A stretch of DNA of 63,260 nt, filler included, from Octopus bimaculoides (GCF_001194135.2; 4 parts of 3 records of this genome joined end to end with filler, not necessarily neighbours in it); one strand, 5' to 3'; numbered from the whole stretch's first letter, positions 25,300 to 39,305 are shown. Notes: generated by a model from the sequence alone, not told the origin. A program made the numbers and translations.

Positions 25300-27250
25300 T
25301 ATCGATAATTCGACGTTGCACGTAAGTTGAGATCTATATACATCAATTTGGTCAAAGTAATATCTATAATGTATTACATTTGGTACATAACTGCATGCTG
25401 GAATGCAGGTGCATTACCATTCCCTGATAATTCTGATATTTGGAACACGCTCCTCCAGGATTTTCTATACGTACATTACAGTGTATCTCTTCGACGTTCA
25501 AGAGATTTGAGGCACATAGCTTTCAAACGTTTCCAAAATATTAACTGAATTCATTTTACTGGTGGATGTTCCTTGTAATACTTGAATTTGTGCGATGAAA
25601 ACAGATAAATTTGGAAATTAAACCTGGAAGCAGTAATCTAATCTTGGTTAATACTAAGGCTTTCCAGGTATCACAAAGGCGCATAGGATCCATCCTATGA
25701 CATGCCTGTTTGTTGTGGTTGACAATAGATGCATAATTTGAAATGATTACTGGTACTTCCCGTATGTCACTAGCGCTCTGAAACATTGTGTTATATTGTG
25801 TCAAATAATGGGATGTGTGAGTATTTTGTATGTATTGTACAATTGGAAGTTTTCATGTATTATATTTCATACTGACTTTATCTCCCGTTGATAAATGAGG
25901 TGTGACGGCATTCGGAGTTTAGATAGACTTCGATATTTTTGTTTCACTGTAGCACGTCAGGTTGGACGAGTACGATTGTGAACTTATACTCGTCATGATG
26001 AGGAAAAATAACAATGGTCCTAGAACCGTGACATGAAGTATTCCACTTGTTACTGATGAATTTGCAAGAGAGGAAAACGTTTGCAGCAACTGATTGATTG
26101 CTACCATGTAAGAATTCAAAGCACCATTCTCCGAGTTTTCTTGTGATATCATATTTCTTACACTGACAGATGATTCCATGATCAATTATATCAAATGCTT
26201 TAGCAAAGTAAGGGTATATGTGGTCAGAAAGCATTCCCCACAAAACATTATTCATGATAGTGCTATGGTGTTGTAATAGTTGTGACAGGCTCTTTCGTCC
26301 TGTCCGAAAACGATGTTGTCCGAAAACCAAGGTTATTTTCCCCAGTGTATACAATAGTGTTTTACGCATAATGCGTTCGCCATTTTGTGACTAGGTGTCT
26401 TTAAGGAGTTCTGGGAATACTACGGTATCTAAAGACTTCTGAAATAGTATCTTTAACAGTTTGGCGAAGCACTTTTTGTACGTGTTTTGGTTCTTTTTAG
26501 ATTCGTGGTCATTGATACCAGCAAATATATCATCTTCCATCATATCATTAATTTCTATACGTGTCTCTGCAATTGATTTATGAGGATCAAGGAATTCGTT
26601 TGATTTATGCACTATTGTTTTGGTTATATGTCTAGAAAGTGTGATTATCCATTTTGGCCCGTTTAGTTTCGATTTCCTTCCACTTGCCTTCCTGAAATTC
26701 AAGATCATTGAGTGTAGGTGAATCTTATTTGATGTTATTTTGTAATTGATGCCTCCTTGAAGATGATATAGATAATTGTAAAATATGACACTTTCGGAAT
26801 AATCTGAAAATTGCGTGTATAACCTGTATTTGTAATGAAGATTAGGTTGAGTAAGTTTTTAGTCCTAGTTGGAGCAGTAATTACTTGTTCATTGGGAAGT
26901 CTTTAATGGTGCCGAGGACAAAGGTCATATCGATCTTTAGTTGTTTTTTGCCAGGTTATAATTAGCCTTCAGCCTGCTAACATTAGGTAACTTAAAGTCG
27001 CCCGTTAAATTGCCAGAAATAAGATTCAAATCAACTTTTAGCCACGAGCGAAGCACTTATCATTTATAACTCCGGATTGAATTAATCCTTGTCAGTCGCA
27101 CTTACTCTATTGCCTAAGGTTTACTTGAACTCGCCTTGTGAGTTTATAGAAAATATCATATGAATCAGTGGCTGATTCGGTAAGAGTTGTTTCAGTGTGA
27201 AAAGGCCTTGTAGCTTTTTTCTGTAAACTCTTTGAAAGAGCTATGCTGAG
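25300..27250 (-). mobile_element. Decayed CR1-clade LINE ORF2 (APE end, RT, C-terminus)
   Basis: GDFKLPNV; EQVITAPTRTKNLLNLIFITN; GQHRFRTGRKSLSQLLQH; FAKAFDIIDHGII; SG....VLGPLLF; WKRLKAMCLKSLERRR; many stops and frameshifts. Confidence 0.88.
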
Positions 27251-28471
27251 CTGATATATTATGGTATTACCGAATCATGTCCACAGCTAACATTGATCTT
27301 GTAATTCGTTTGCAATTTCTCTCTTTCTTTGAAAAAACCTTAACAATCATCATTAGTACATTTTTCTATTGAAAGAGAAGCTTAAATACATAATTGTTTG
27401 CATAATTGTCAATCGGTACATTGGTCACTACTTGCTTTCGTGATACAAAATTTACATTAAGATCTTTTGTGGTAAAACATCGACAACATATCACTTCATC
27501 AAAAGATCCTGCTACAGCAATGAAAATATTACTATACAAACCAATTAACAGGCACATATTTAAATTGATTTGTTTATTCTATTAGGAAAAGTCATTAATT
27601 GTACAACCGTGGTAATGAGACATTTTGTCAATAAGTATAATTTACATTGTAACATCATATATTGAATGAGAATCAAGGTGTAAATTTTGCTCTGCAAATA
27701 TCTTCGCAAAAGTGTTCGGTGGATATTTTATATCATTATTGATCATAAATTGTAAATCACCCATTTCCATTAAAGTGAATAGTGTACTCAATATTTTTTT
27801 CTTTCCTATTACGGAGATATATCTAATCGGAAATGCTTTGGCTAAATCAGCTTTGCCTCTCTGTGTCGCTGGAATCTGTTATCAAAATAGGGAAGTATTA
27901 ATTCTCACGTCTTCGTCTGACCTATAGACAAATACGAATCAATAAAAATAAGACACTTTCTTTCAGTATATGAGCAATAATTTATTAGATGCCAGAATAC
28001 ATTTTTATTGGAAGCTATCATAATATAATGATTTCAGCCTTGTATATTCTTCAAGGAATATATTTTATTGGATTCGGTACGGGATAAGAAGTGACAATGA
28101 ATCGGGCTTAAGGCGAATATTCCTGTTTCTCTGCTTCATTGAATTTCTAACAATCAATCAATATGAAAAATGATTTATTACATTATCAAAATACTGATAT
28201 TTTGTATAAGTAATTTTATTGTACATTGAATTGAGCAAAATAAACCCTTCTTACGTATATTTTTCCATCTGTAAATATGATCTGATCATGTAAAAAAAAA
28301 ACAAAAAAACAGAAAAAACAAAATATAGATGCACACAATTTCTGGCATTGGACAACATTACTTACAGAAAATAAATATGAAATTTTTGCTTATAAGTTGT
28401 GGCTTTTAATGACGGATCCAGTCTGTATACACACACATAGGAGCGTGCAATCATAAACGTGTATATGTATG

Positions 28472-28481
<10 letters not shown>

Positions 28482-28560
<79 letters not shown>
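28482..28560. repeat. (TG)n microsatellite
   Basis: Direct reading. Confidence 0.98.
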
Positions 28561-29820
28561 AAACAGCGCGATCGGGAAGCTAAGGCATGCTGACATAGTC
28601 GGAGCGACGCAAGAATCAAGAGCCGATCTAGGGTTGCACAATTTCAAACCACTTTGCATGAGCAGTGTAAAAGAGATGGAAGAGGAAGAAGAAAGACGAA
28701 ATGTACATTTGGTGTAATGTAGTCAACAGAGACAGTGCCTGAGATGTGAAGAATATGTGGTCAGTCACAGAATCTCATGGAAGGAAATTTGGGCTTGGGA
28801 ACAAGCAAGAAGATCCTTCCTGATCAAGTGTACCTTCGGCGAATTTAGTCCGGTTGAACATACAAAAAACTGATGAATGTAGTTGATGAGAAAAAGCGAT
28901 GGTGAGACATGTTCTGTGAAACTACAGGCTAGCACTAGACATATGTACATGGCTTCACAATTAAGTCCTCGGTGTCATAAGCACTCAGGAAGATTGAGGG
29001 ATATAATAAAGGAGAGCACCCAAAAGAGTAAAACCGTGGGAAAATATATATCCAGAAGAAGGGGAAAGGTCATAAAGGGCAGCCTTCAAATAAAGATACT
29101 GGGAGCTGACTGCTGATTTGGAAAAACTGTTAATATTTCCACTTATAAAAACAACAAAATGACTGGACATGATCCTATGAAACACAGAAAGGAATATCGG
29201 AATTTTGCTAGAGCTGACAGTGGCATGGAAAGAGAACATAATGCAGAGCAACGTAAGACGAGGTTTGAGAGATGAATCAAGAACGCGGAGAACAGAAATA
29301 GACATTTGAGTATTACTACCTGGCAGTGGAGATTAAAGACTTCATTGAAAGGGAAATGGTGATATTATTTAAAAGAGGGTTTGCCTTTTCGAGCTCAGAG
29401 CTGGGAAACTTAATAAGGATGATACAGTAGGCAGTCCACAGAGCAGCTGGCTGAAGTGAGAAGTCCCAAAATGGCTTGAAAACCATAACATACTGACTGG
29501 GAAATAGCGTCGCAAGGTGAGGCTGGCTGACACTTAAACAGCATTGCTGATTGCGAAGTTGGCCAAAGCAGCGATCTCATTCATAGCGCGCCCTCCTCCG
29601 AGTTCGAAGGCTTGTGCCACCAAGCAGCTGGTTGTCTCTGGCTGCTAGAACTGAAACTAACACGATACTGTTGGAAGACAGGTTTAGAGAGGGAGCAGGC
29701 TAAAACTACGCTCACTTCCACTCCATTGCTCAGTTTAGACAGTGTCACGTGACAGCTAGCTAGTGTTAGCTGCTGGAGCTTACCGGCGAGTATTTAAGGG
29801 GGAGTTTGACAGGATGGTCA
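28561..29820 (-). mobile_element. Decayed CR1-like LINE, endonuclease-side fragment
   Basis: FISGNIN (for ILGDFN), AALYDL (for AILHDL) and NPRSALDSCVAP (for NSTLDDSG..PP) in the expected order; 3' part lost at the (TG)n. Confidence 0.5.
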
Positions 29821-30544
29821 GTCGCCCGTTGACATTCGTTGACGATGCATCGAAGAAACCAAAAAACAAAAGAAAAACGGAGTAAGACGAAACGCATTCA
29901 ACACCAAAGCTGTAGCCACTTCCGAAACGGAGGAGGCGCCACGTCGAAAACGATAGACTAGGGTCCGAAACCGGACATAGTTCCTCCTGATGATGTCTTT
30001 AGTCACTGGATCCTATAAAGAGCTGCTGAGGTACCGAACCACGAAACGTGGCTGGAATTCCTACTTAAATGTTGGAAAAAATCGACCAGGAACCTAATTT
30101 GATTATATAAAAATCTGCTTAATGCAAATCTATTAGACCAAACTTGTTTGAATGCTTTAGATGTCTTTGACATGAAACAGCGACACATTTGTGGTCCCAC
30201 CTAATTGTGTACGTTCTATTATTATCTTTAAGCGACAAAATTAAATTATTTAATGTCCTTAAACGATTGTTTGTGATTATCTATTCTGTTTTATAAATCT
30301 AGAACTAGCAGCTCTGTAGAAATATAGCTCTCCTTCTAAAATTAATTTGACCCTGTAAACCACATCTTTAATTTTGAAATAATTTTAACGAGAATAATTT
30401 TCATTTTGCACAAGCACAATTATTTCCTCAACCTAAACCTATTCCTCTATTATCCCCTATTTTTACTTGGTTATTTTCATTCTATGGTCTATTTTTCTAT
30501 GTTATTTACACTATTCAGATATTTTACATTCTGGATACCGCTTT

Positions 30545-32050
30545 TCATAATTCCCTTGCAGGCATGCCTTGATTATTAGCACCATTTTCATCATTTAATT
30601 TCCAAGCACTGCACCTTCTAACGTTTTTCTCTTCCGTCCCAAGTCTCGCCTTAGAATTATTATCAGTCGCTTCCCTTGTGTTGGTTCCTTTATTGCAGCT
30701 ATTTCTCATGCTACTATATCTATCAATAAAAGCTTCTTTCAATGTAGTTTGAAATAAAATTACTATTTATATTCTATTTGTTATTGTCTCATAGAAATTA
30801 TTCAATCTCTTCGCGTTGTGTGCTGCAATGATTTGTGCCAGGTTTCTACTATTGGAAAATGTTATTCTAATCTTGTGTTTATTAAAAATACGATAATATT
30901 TATCGGTTTTTAGAAAATATATTTCTGCAACCGATTAGAATAATTTCGGGATGTTGGGAATAATTTGCTTACCGTAGGGAATAATATACTATTCCATATT
31001 ATCATAAATTTTATTCCTAGAGAAATTTTTGACGTTCTTATTAAAAGTATTTATGCTGTTTCTCTGGTTTTCATATATGTTCTGCTTTTATTCATTTACT
31101 TGTTTATTTACTTGTGTATTTTTAATAGGCAGGTTTACATATTTATTATCTGCTCCGTTAGTGTGCTTCCTACTAAAGTTTCTTTTAGAATCAGTATTTC
31201 TTATTAGTTTCTGACTCCATTTTCTCAAAATCATTAGTATTTCTCGCATTAACTGTATTCTATGGTTATTGTCTAGTTTTTCAATTTTCCCGTCTTCATT
31301 TATCCTCGCATTACTATTTTTGCCATTACCATTTTTAATTTCACCAATTAGTATATTGCCATCACTGTTGTTATTGTTTTTCTTATTATCGTTTTTTTTT
31401 TTTTTTCCAAGATCTATATCTTTGCTGTTGAATTTTAATTTTTCTCTTGAAATTTTCATTAGCTGATAGATTCGAAATACGTCTAGACACGTTTTCAACT
31501 ACTTTCTGGATTATGCATCTAGGATGATTATTGTTTCTATTTATGTATCACATGCTTTTTTAAGGCTTATGATAAGGTTTATAATTTTCTGCACTTAAAT
31601 CTAAAGTGATATCAAGGAGGTTGGCGGAGTTGTGTTCTTTTTCTATAGAGATGGTTAGTCCTTGGTTTTTAAAGAATTTTAAAAATCTCGTCTTGTATTC
31701 CTCTATCTGGGTGGAAAGTGCATCATGCCTGTGTAGACACCGTCCCAAATCAGCGAATTATTTGCTTAAGCTAAACTTTAAATATATCCATACTAAGTCA
31801 TTAACTTGTGTGGAGTCTGTAGATCCCCAATAATATCAAGCTTCCCTGTCTATTTTTCCTACCTCACTATTTATCTTCAATTTTTTTAATATACCTTTTA
31901 GCTGCTAAAATCACGTTAAATTTTTTCTGGTGAGTTCGGAGTTTATTCTAGCAAATATTTATGTAGCAGGAGAGGTTTTATAGATGGAAAACATGATGTT
32001 ATTTTTTTCTATTTTTGTTATCGAGTTTATGAAATCAGTTGATAAGCTCA
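30545..32050 (-). mobile_element. Penelope-like retroelement 3, old and decayed (different lineage)
   Basis: FPSI; GSTDSTQVNDLVWIYL (for GSYDGAEVCELVGLYL); LHRHDAL (for LYRDDGL); NLLDITLDL...YKPYHKP; YRIFNKHKIRITFSNSRNLAQIIAAHN; EAFIDRYSS (GIY-YIG F..RY). Confidence 0.75.
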
Positions 32051-35000
32051 TATGAGCGAGAACAGGATTTTCGTTTTATGATATTCCTTAGTCCTGGTAT
32101 ATTCTTATGCATATTTAGGTTACTTAACATACCTAAATCTGAATTAGAGGGAAAATACAGCTCACATTGTGGTTAGATCCGAAGTTGTATATATATGGTC
32201 TAATGTCTCAAAAAAGTTGAACGCAGTTATATGCTGTGGCACTGAAACTGGCTAATGCTGGTATTTACTATTACCATATGAAAGGAGGCTTAATATAGAA
32301 TATGTCTTATAAGATAACCAGAATGGAGTTACTGTCATAAATGAGGAATACAGGTGAAGGTCAATGTTAGATTATTATATGAAAATATATTCTTTTCATT
32401 TGAAGAGTAATTAGAAATATTTAGAGACGATTATAGTTTAAATTTATTTTGAAAATGTTTCTTTCGCCGTATTTTTGTTGTTAAACGTCGGTCATTTCTC
32501 GCAGAGAGCTGTATTCAAAGATATACAGTAAACACATCAGATATATCTGAGATCACAGATTCCCTGCTTTTTGCTATAGAGGCATATATTATTCTATGTG
32601 TCGTTTAGTTCTTAAGATGGTGTTGTGTGATTTGGGTTTTCTTTTCATTGCTATTCCTAATATACCACGCACCTACATATATTCATCTTCAGGATACTTG
32701 AATGATGAGGTGTTATGTTTTTGATAAGGTGAGATTTCAGCTCCTTTTGTTGAATTTTTGATCCATGAATATTGCAGCTCTTGCAATCTAATTTCCTCTT
32801 GTTATCATTTTGATTGATCACCGACCTTCCAACGTGTCATTTCCATTGTATACCACCAAGTATTAATGATTTATTATTACATTTATAAAGGATAGAAAGA
32901 TAGCAAGATTTATAACGATTCCAACACTGGTTTAAACTAAAATTGAAACTGAACACTTCTAGCACTAAGAATTCACATTTGCCTACTTCATTCACATCTT
33001 AAGACAACCATACTAAATTTTGACAAAGAAGCTTTTTCAGGAAAAAAGTTTTTATAAATTGATAGCGTAATGCCAGTGATCACTCTGCATTGCGATTAAG
33101 AACGATTCACAAATGCGAGCCTTGACATGTATGATGCATCGGTCATCCTGTAGTGTATGGTATGAATTACAATCTTACAGTGAAAGAACAAGATATTTTT
33201 TTTATATATATTTCAAAATCTTTCTGGTGGCAGGCATTCTATGTATTTCCCGTTTATCACAATAATATTAAGATGATTGTTGCAAGAACAAAGTGCGACT
33301 CACAAATTATGATATGAGCAATCAGATTTAATGCACACACACGCGCGCGCGCCCACACACACATACACAAAGACACACACACCTATACACTTACACTTAC
33401 AGAGAGACATATATGTTGAATTTGATTTCCACTTCCATACAATTCCGTGAGAATAATACTAAAAAAATGTCGCTATAGTGACATGAAAATCATGACATGG
33501 AGTGCCGATAGAAATACCAGAGAAAACATAAATTCCACGGCATCATAAGGAATTTTCCTACAGTAATCTAGTAATCTAAAAAAAAAAGAAATAAATAGAA
33601 AGTATGCCATAGCATCGATATTTTCATCGCTTATGTGATGTCAGCTTGAAGCTTACCCCTATAACTAGGATAGGTCAGGCCAGAATCCTTAAAGCGTTTG
33701 GTATCTCCAAAAAATGATTGCAAATCCAGGTTGTATATCTTTCGTGGGAAACACCATCACCGTACATCTGAAGAATATAACACTACCTGAAATGAAAAAC
33801 ATGCTACCACATACATTCTGTAGAGAATGTTGATGAAAAATTACCTGAGTTGTTGAACAGACAAAAGTCAATGTAATTGACCTAGCACTAATTGCACTTA
33901 TTTTAACCTATCTTCAAAGGAAGTAATAAATTATCTCATACCAGAAATTTAACCTGAGATGGTAAGAATATAACTCAATGCTATAAAACACGTTGTTCAG
34001 TGCAAAACTGGATCTGCTAGCAAAATGTATACTCTTCACAGAAATTAAGATCAGTAATATTTTTATATCGTGTACATGAAGGAGCGAGATGTGTGAACTG
34101 GGCAAATATACTTTTCAGTTATCAAACATTAATTCATATTTGAGTCATACAATTATGTTCATTTTGTAATATAGTTTCTTTCTCGATCTCACAGCTAACA
34201 ACAGTTCCATTAGAAATGGTTATTGATTTCTTTGATATTGCAACGAACTCATATAATTGCATTATTTTCCACCCACTTAACTAAATTGATATCCTTAGTT
34301 TATAAGCTAAGTATACTAACTATACTAACTATAATGATAATTAATGTGACGACTCAGTTATAAAAATATATTTACTTCCTCCTTTGTCTGCCTATAATGT
34401 GATTTGCTTCTGTTTTACGTTAACGGTGTTCATTATTCATGCTTTATGTCATTAATAAAGAACGGAACAATGATTACGTGAAACGAATACCGATATACGG
34501 CATTTACACTATGTATTGATTCAATTCACGAAAAAGTTCCCATAGTCATCTCCTATAAAGCATTTCTGTCTCTATTTTTAGTTTATTGACATAGAAATTT
34601 GCATTAGTCTTAGTAAGTTTTTCTTGATGTTAAAGAATATTCAGAAATTATAATTTTGTATTTCAATGCAGGATAATTCGAAAGCTTCTTAAATAAATTC
34701 TCAGAATAATACCAACATCAGGCGGAAATTGCGCTTGTTTTTATCTCATGAGATGGAAAACATGATTTGACGAGGATATTGATGAAATTCAGAATAATAG
34801 ACTTAATTCAAAGCATACTACCGAGGACCAATTTTTGAGGGTTTATCAACAAATTTAGAATATGATTTATGAATATGAAGATGAAAAATATACTAAGAGC
34901 ACTATAAGTTTCAGAGTGACATATTTAGCAAATATTTATGAATGAAGCAAAATATATTTCTTGGGCATCTGCAATTATATGCAAATGAATAAAGTTAATG

Positions 35001-35106
35001 CGAATTATATAATGTTGGTGCATTTTTATCAAATGGATGTCAACATTTCAGGCAAGCGTACTCGAAAATTTTCCAGCTATTGTGACTTATTTTTCATTAA
35101 TTATAG

Positions 35107-35163
35107 GATGAGAGCCTCAACCTACCATTCACCAGTTTTCGGACACCATCTAGACGTTTCCAG
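35107..35163 (+). CDS. Candidate 57-nt phase-0 exon (DESLNLPFTSFRTPSRRFQ)
   Basis: ttttcattaattatag|G acceptor, CAG|gtaata donor, open frame, locally higher GC. Confidence 0.4.
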
Positions 35164-35464
35164 GTAATAGTGGTCTAGTTCTTTTCCAATTTCAAACGCC
35201 GTATGGTTGTGGCCTTCCAGAGTTTTTTTGTTTTTTTTTCAATATTTTTTATGATCCAGAAAGATTTGCCAGAGGAAACTTAGTTCTAACGTTTTTCACT
35301 GCATAATTCCATTTTATCACATTTATATTTATAGTAATATTCTTTAAAATTTCATATTCATTTACCCATCAGTTCCTACTTCTGTCACATTCTCTTTCTC
35401 TCATTACGTAATATATCAAATGTTTTTGCTCATAAATTTCGTTCCCTATGATGAAATTTATATC

Positions 35465-35538
35465 TAAATGAAACAAAAACCGCACAAAACAAGCAGTACA
35501 AATGTACCGCTTGTTTTGTGCGGTTTTTGTTTCATTTA
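35465..35538. repeat. 74-nt hairpin with perfect 30-bp arms
   Basis: taaatgaaacaaaaaccgcacaaaacaagc / gcttgttttgtgcggtttttgtttcattta around agtacaaatgtacc. Confidence 0.95.
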
Positions 35539-36399
35539 TAAGTACCTAAACATTATATAAGTACCAATGCTTAAATGATTCCTATAGTTTACAACGATTA
35601 TTTAAATAATCAATTTGATAATCAAAATCAACGTAATAGTTATCGCAATATATTTAATCTATATATTTTTATACGTATACTATGGTTATCTTCGTGAGGA
35701 AAGCATATTTCTTCCATTACCGTTTTGAAAATGCATACTTGATTAATGTTAACAAACGTATAAACGATGAATATATTTTGACACTCTGCTTTCAAAATTT
35801 AATTGATTTCCTCCAAATGCTTTTATTTGTTTATTCTAAACGCTTTGTTTTCAATTCAATCTCGGGGGCATTCTCTAATATAAATTACAGATATTAATTA
35901 TGTAATATTTTATTTTTGCTCGTAGTAAATCAATCGAAGTGATTATCATTTGATTGATAAACAAACGTTTCATGTAACACACATGTCTACCTGTTCTTAC
36001 AGATATTCTACAATAAATTTCTTTTTGGCCTTCAAAAATGATTATACACATTGAGCACGCTAAAATTGTGTAAATATTTCTCATGCCAGAATTCTTCAGA
36101 TACATACGTGTATTCTCGATAATACAGCGTCATTGATTAAATTAAGGCGTCTTTATTTGAAGAGGGAAACGTCTTGGATGTGGCGTCCGGTAGTTTAAAA
36201 AATATTACCCGTTGAAACTTTTTCAATAAATACTAAATAAATATTAAGTAAATATTAAATCTATATGACCCAAGCATAATATCTTCAGAGGGAGAAAATA
36301 TACCATTCGATGATTTATATGTGTTTATGGATACGTTATAACAGACATATATTAACATGCGTGCGTATGTAGAGGTATTTTTTTTTTTTAAAGTGAAGG

Positions 36400-36530
36400 A
36401 AAATTGGCCAGGGTACACTTCTCTTCCAGATGAGTGGGGAGCGTCAGTGAAGGAGTTCTTCATTTCGAAGGACAAGAACATTTTTTAGCGTCTGGTCAAA
36501 GAACTGGCAGATGGTTTCTACTTTGAAATT
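36400..36530 (+). mobile_element. Possible mariner transposase C-terminal remnant
   Basis: SVKEFFISKDKNIF*RLVK resembles mariner EFF.SK...FY.RGI. Confidence 0.3.
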
Positions 36531-37119
36531 CTAAGCTGTTTTTATTGTAATTTGGCGGAAAAAAACAAATAAGTGACAGATTATTGCAAAAACACAATAT
36601 GTGTCAATGGAATTTAAGAATATGATTGAAAATAAATCATCAGAACTCATATTAGTTCGACCTTTAATCAATGTTTGCTATTTTAATACAGATATTCATA
36701 TATATTGATAAGAGTACTCCATAACTTTAAATATTTTCCTCATATCTATCAAGTTTTTTTTTTAATAAATTTTACTTCCCTAAATATCTTAATGACATTT
36801 AAATACAAAGAAACAAAGAAATATTTTATTCTTATGGTTTTCTATAACTTACGGTGGTAAACACTTAACACACGAACTCGCGGCGTGAGAAGCAGAACAA
36901 TATCATTGATACATGAATACATTTCTGTTTCAAAACTCATGTCACACATTATTAACCAGATGAAAACAATTTTGGTCCCAGGAAATCAATGCTTGTTAAT
37001 CTAAAATGGTTCTCATTCGCTCACATTTGCTTGAACAAAACAGTTCAATTCACTTAACGATATTTTTATATTAGTTAATTTCTTTTCTTCACAATATCAG
37101 GTTGCTTAATTATTATCAG

Positions 37120-37219
37120 ATATTCCAATGCAGTTTTTAGGTGGTCACGCTCCCGTTCACTTTCAAAAGCTATACGATGCTCCTGATCAACACTTGATAT
37201 CAAAATCCTCTCTACATAG
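37120..37219 (+). CDS. Candidate exon (IPMQFLGGHAPVHFQKLYDAPDQHLISKSSLH)
   Basis: tattatcag|A (or tttttag|G at 37141) acceptor, AG|gtattt donor, open protein-like frame; family not recognised. Confidence 0.3.
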
Positions 37220-38082
37220 GTATTTCATATTAAAATCTGAACGCGTTTATACTGTTCGCATTTTGCTCATTCTGAAGGTGAACTTTTGAGGGAGTAAACT
37301 TCTTTTGAAGCTGGCTTCACTGATATTGATGTAACTATTTCCGTTTCCTAGATACTCCTATAGGATGTTACTGTCGCGTTCTAGACAAAGGTTTTCTTTG
37401 AAACTTTTCGCTAACCCGATACTTTCCTTATATTCAATTCTAGAAATACTATTCTTCCGTTCAGAAAGAACACAACAACCATCAAAAAGAAAGGAAAAGA
37501 AACAAAAATCACTTGCTCTACGAAAGAGTGTAATTACTGCATTCATACAAACACATTGGAAATCATAATAAGCAGGAGAGACCGACCGACAAAACAAATT
37601 CATTTTTTTCAGTAAGGCGATTGCATTTATAACACAAGGAAAACAGTGCAACAACACGATTTCGAATTCTATTCTATACAATGCATACTGGGAGAAAATG
37701 CACAGAATTTTTCTACGTGCTGACTATCTGTTATTGATAGGCATATTTAATTCTTTCGAACATTTAGCTGGGTGTGCTTTGTTGTAGATGTATTAACAAG
37801 GTACCCAGACAGATACTTACTGCTTATCTTGATATACAGCATTCCATTGTAATAAAATGCCTGCCTTTGCAATCCGTTCAGTACTTGAGTTATAGCACAG
37901 CTACATCGCACCGAATGAACAAATGGATAATGACAAATAGAAAATCAATTCACGAATAGAATTTTAAAAAAAACGGAAGTAGTAACAGATACATCACAAA
38001 TCATAGGATACTCGTTTCTAATTTTCTGACGCTAATGCAAAATGGAGCATAGTATTAAATTAAAATAACGATTATGTGAACG

Positions 38083-38284
38083 TTGTTCGAAAACAATTGT
38101 TCGAAAACAATTATTCGAAAAGCATTTATTAGAATGGAAAATTGCATGAATGAAAATTATTCAATTTAAAAAAAAAAAATATTTAAACACAAAGAATACG
38201 ATTAAAACTCAAGTACACCAATGACATTTATTTCGAATAACTTTTTTTTCGAATAATTGTTTTCGAACATTTGTTTTCGAACAA
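38083..38284. mobile_element. MITE/foldback element with 39-bp TIRs built from tandem ttcgaaaacaatt units
   Basis: 38083-38121 vs 38246-38284 are inverted repeats, 38/39 identical; TSD not evident. Confidence 0.75.
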
Positions 38285-38544
38285 TTTTCATGATATGAAA
38301 ATATCATTAAACTCACGTTTACTGTTGAAACAAGATTACTTCTAAACCTTAAACTGGGATAACATAGTAAAATTTGAGAATGTGGAATTATGAAAAGAAT
38401 AATAGATTTCTAATGCGTGACACACCATTACAAATATATTTTTATTATTTAAAAGAAACAGGATCTGTTCATTCTATAATTGGATATGCAATTCTAAATC
38501 ACATTGATAAGTGATAACGTTTGTTCCCAACTTTCATTTTATCG

Positions 38545-38700
38545 TTCTGAGTTCAAATTCTGTCTCAGTCTACTTTGCCTTTCATAATTTTGGGGGTCGT
38601 TGAAATATATACCAGTTGAATCTTAGGATCGATGTAATCAACTCGATCCGCATCCCAAAAATTCAGATAGTGTGCCTATAGAATAAAGGATTATATCATA
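38545..38700 (+). mobile_element. tRNA-SINE fragment (56.3 kb family)
   Basis: cgttctgagttcaaattc...tactttgcctttcat...ggggtcg...taccagttga...gatcgatgtaatc. Confidence 0.7.
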
Positions 38701-39270
38701 TGACATATTTTCAGAAAGACAGTTTGAATAAGTAATTTGAAATGCTTGATTTATGCAGATATTTATCGAAAATATTACTTCAGAATTTATTCAACCATGG
38801 CCATATAATTACATAACTCTCTCTGATTTGAAGTGATGATTGCTTTTACAAACGTTACGAATCGCTTCCTTGCACTGTATTTTCTGAGGCTGTATAACAT
38901 TTGTACATTCATTATTCATATAACTTACTTTTCATCTAGATTATAACTCATTCTACAAATTATATTAATAAGATTATATTTACGATTACAGTACCATTTA
39001 CAATTTATCTAGTATAGAACGACGAGCAAATAACATTTCTTTATTAATTTCAGCTAACAAATAACTTCTTTTATTCGTTACAAAATGCAATGTATGGTAA
39101 TTCAAAATCATGCGGAGATTGGGAAAGAGAATCTCATAGAAACTTTGTTGAGCTTCCAATAAATTATGTTATCAGTTTTTTATTCGCTCTCTGTCTCTCT
39201 GTCTCTCTGTATGTATCTGTGTATGTATGTATGTATGTATGTATGAATGTATGAGTGTATGTATGTATAG

Positions 39271-39304
<34 letters not shown>

Positions 39305-39305
<1 letters not shown>

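Noticed and set aside
33657-33786. Minus-strand segment with strong acceptor (tttttcatttcag) and donor (gtaagc)
   Set aside because: All three frames contain stops and no product is recognisable; cannot be supported as coding.
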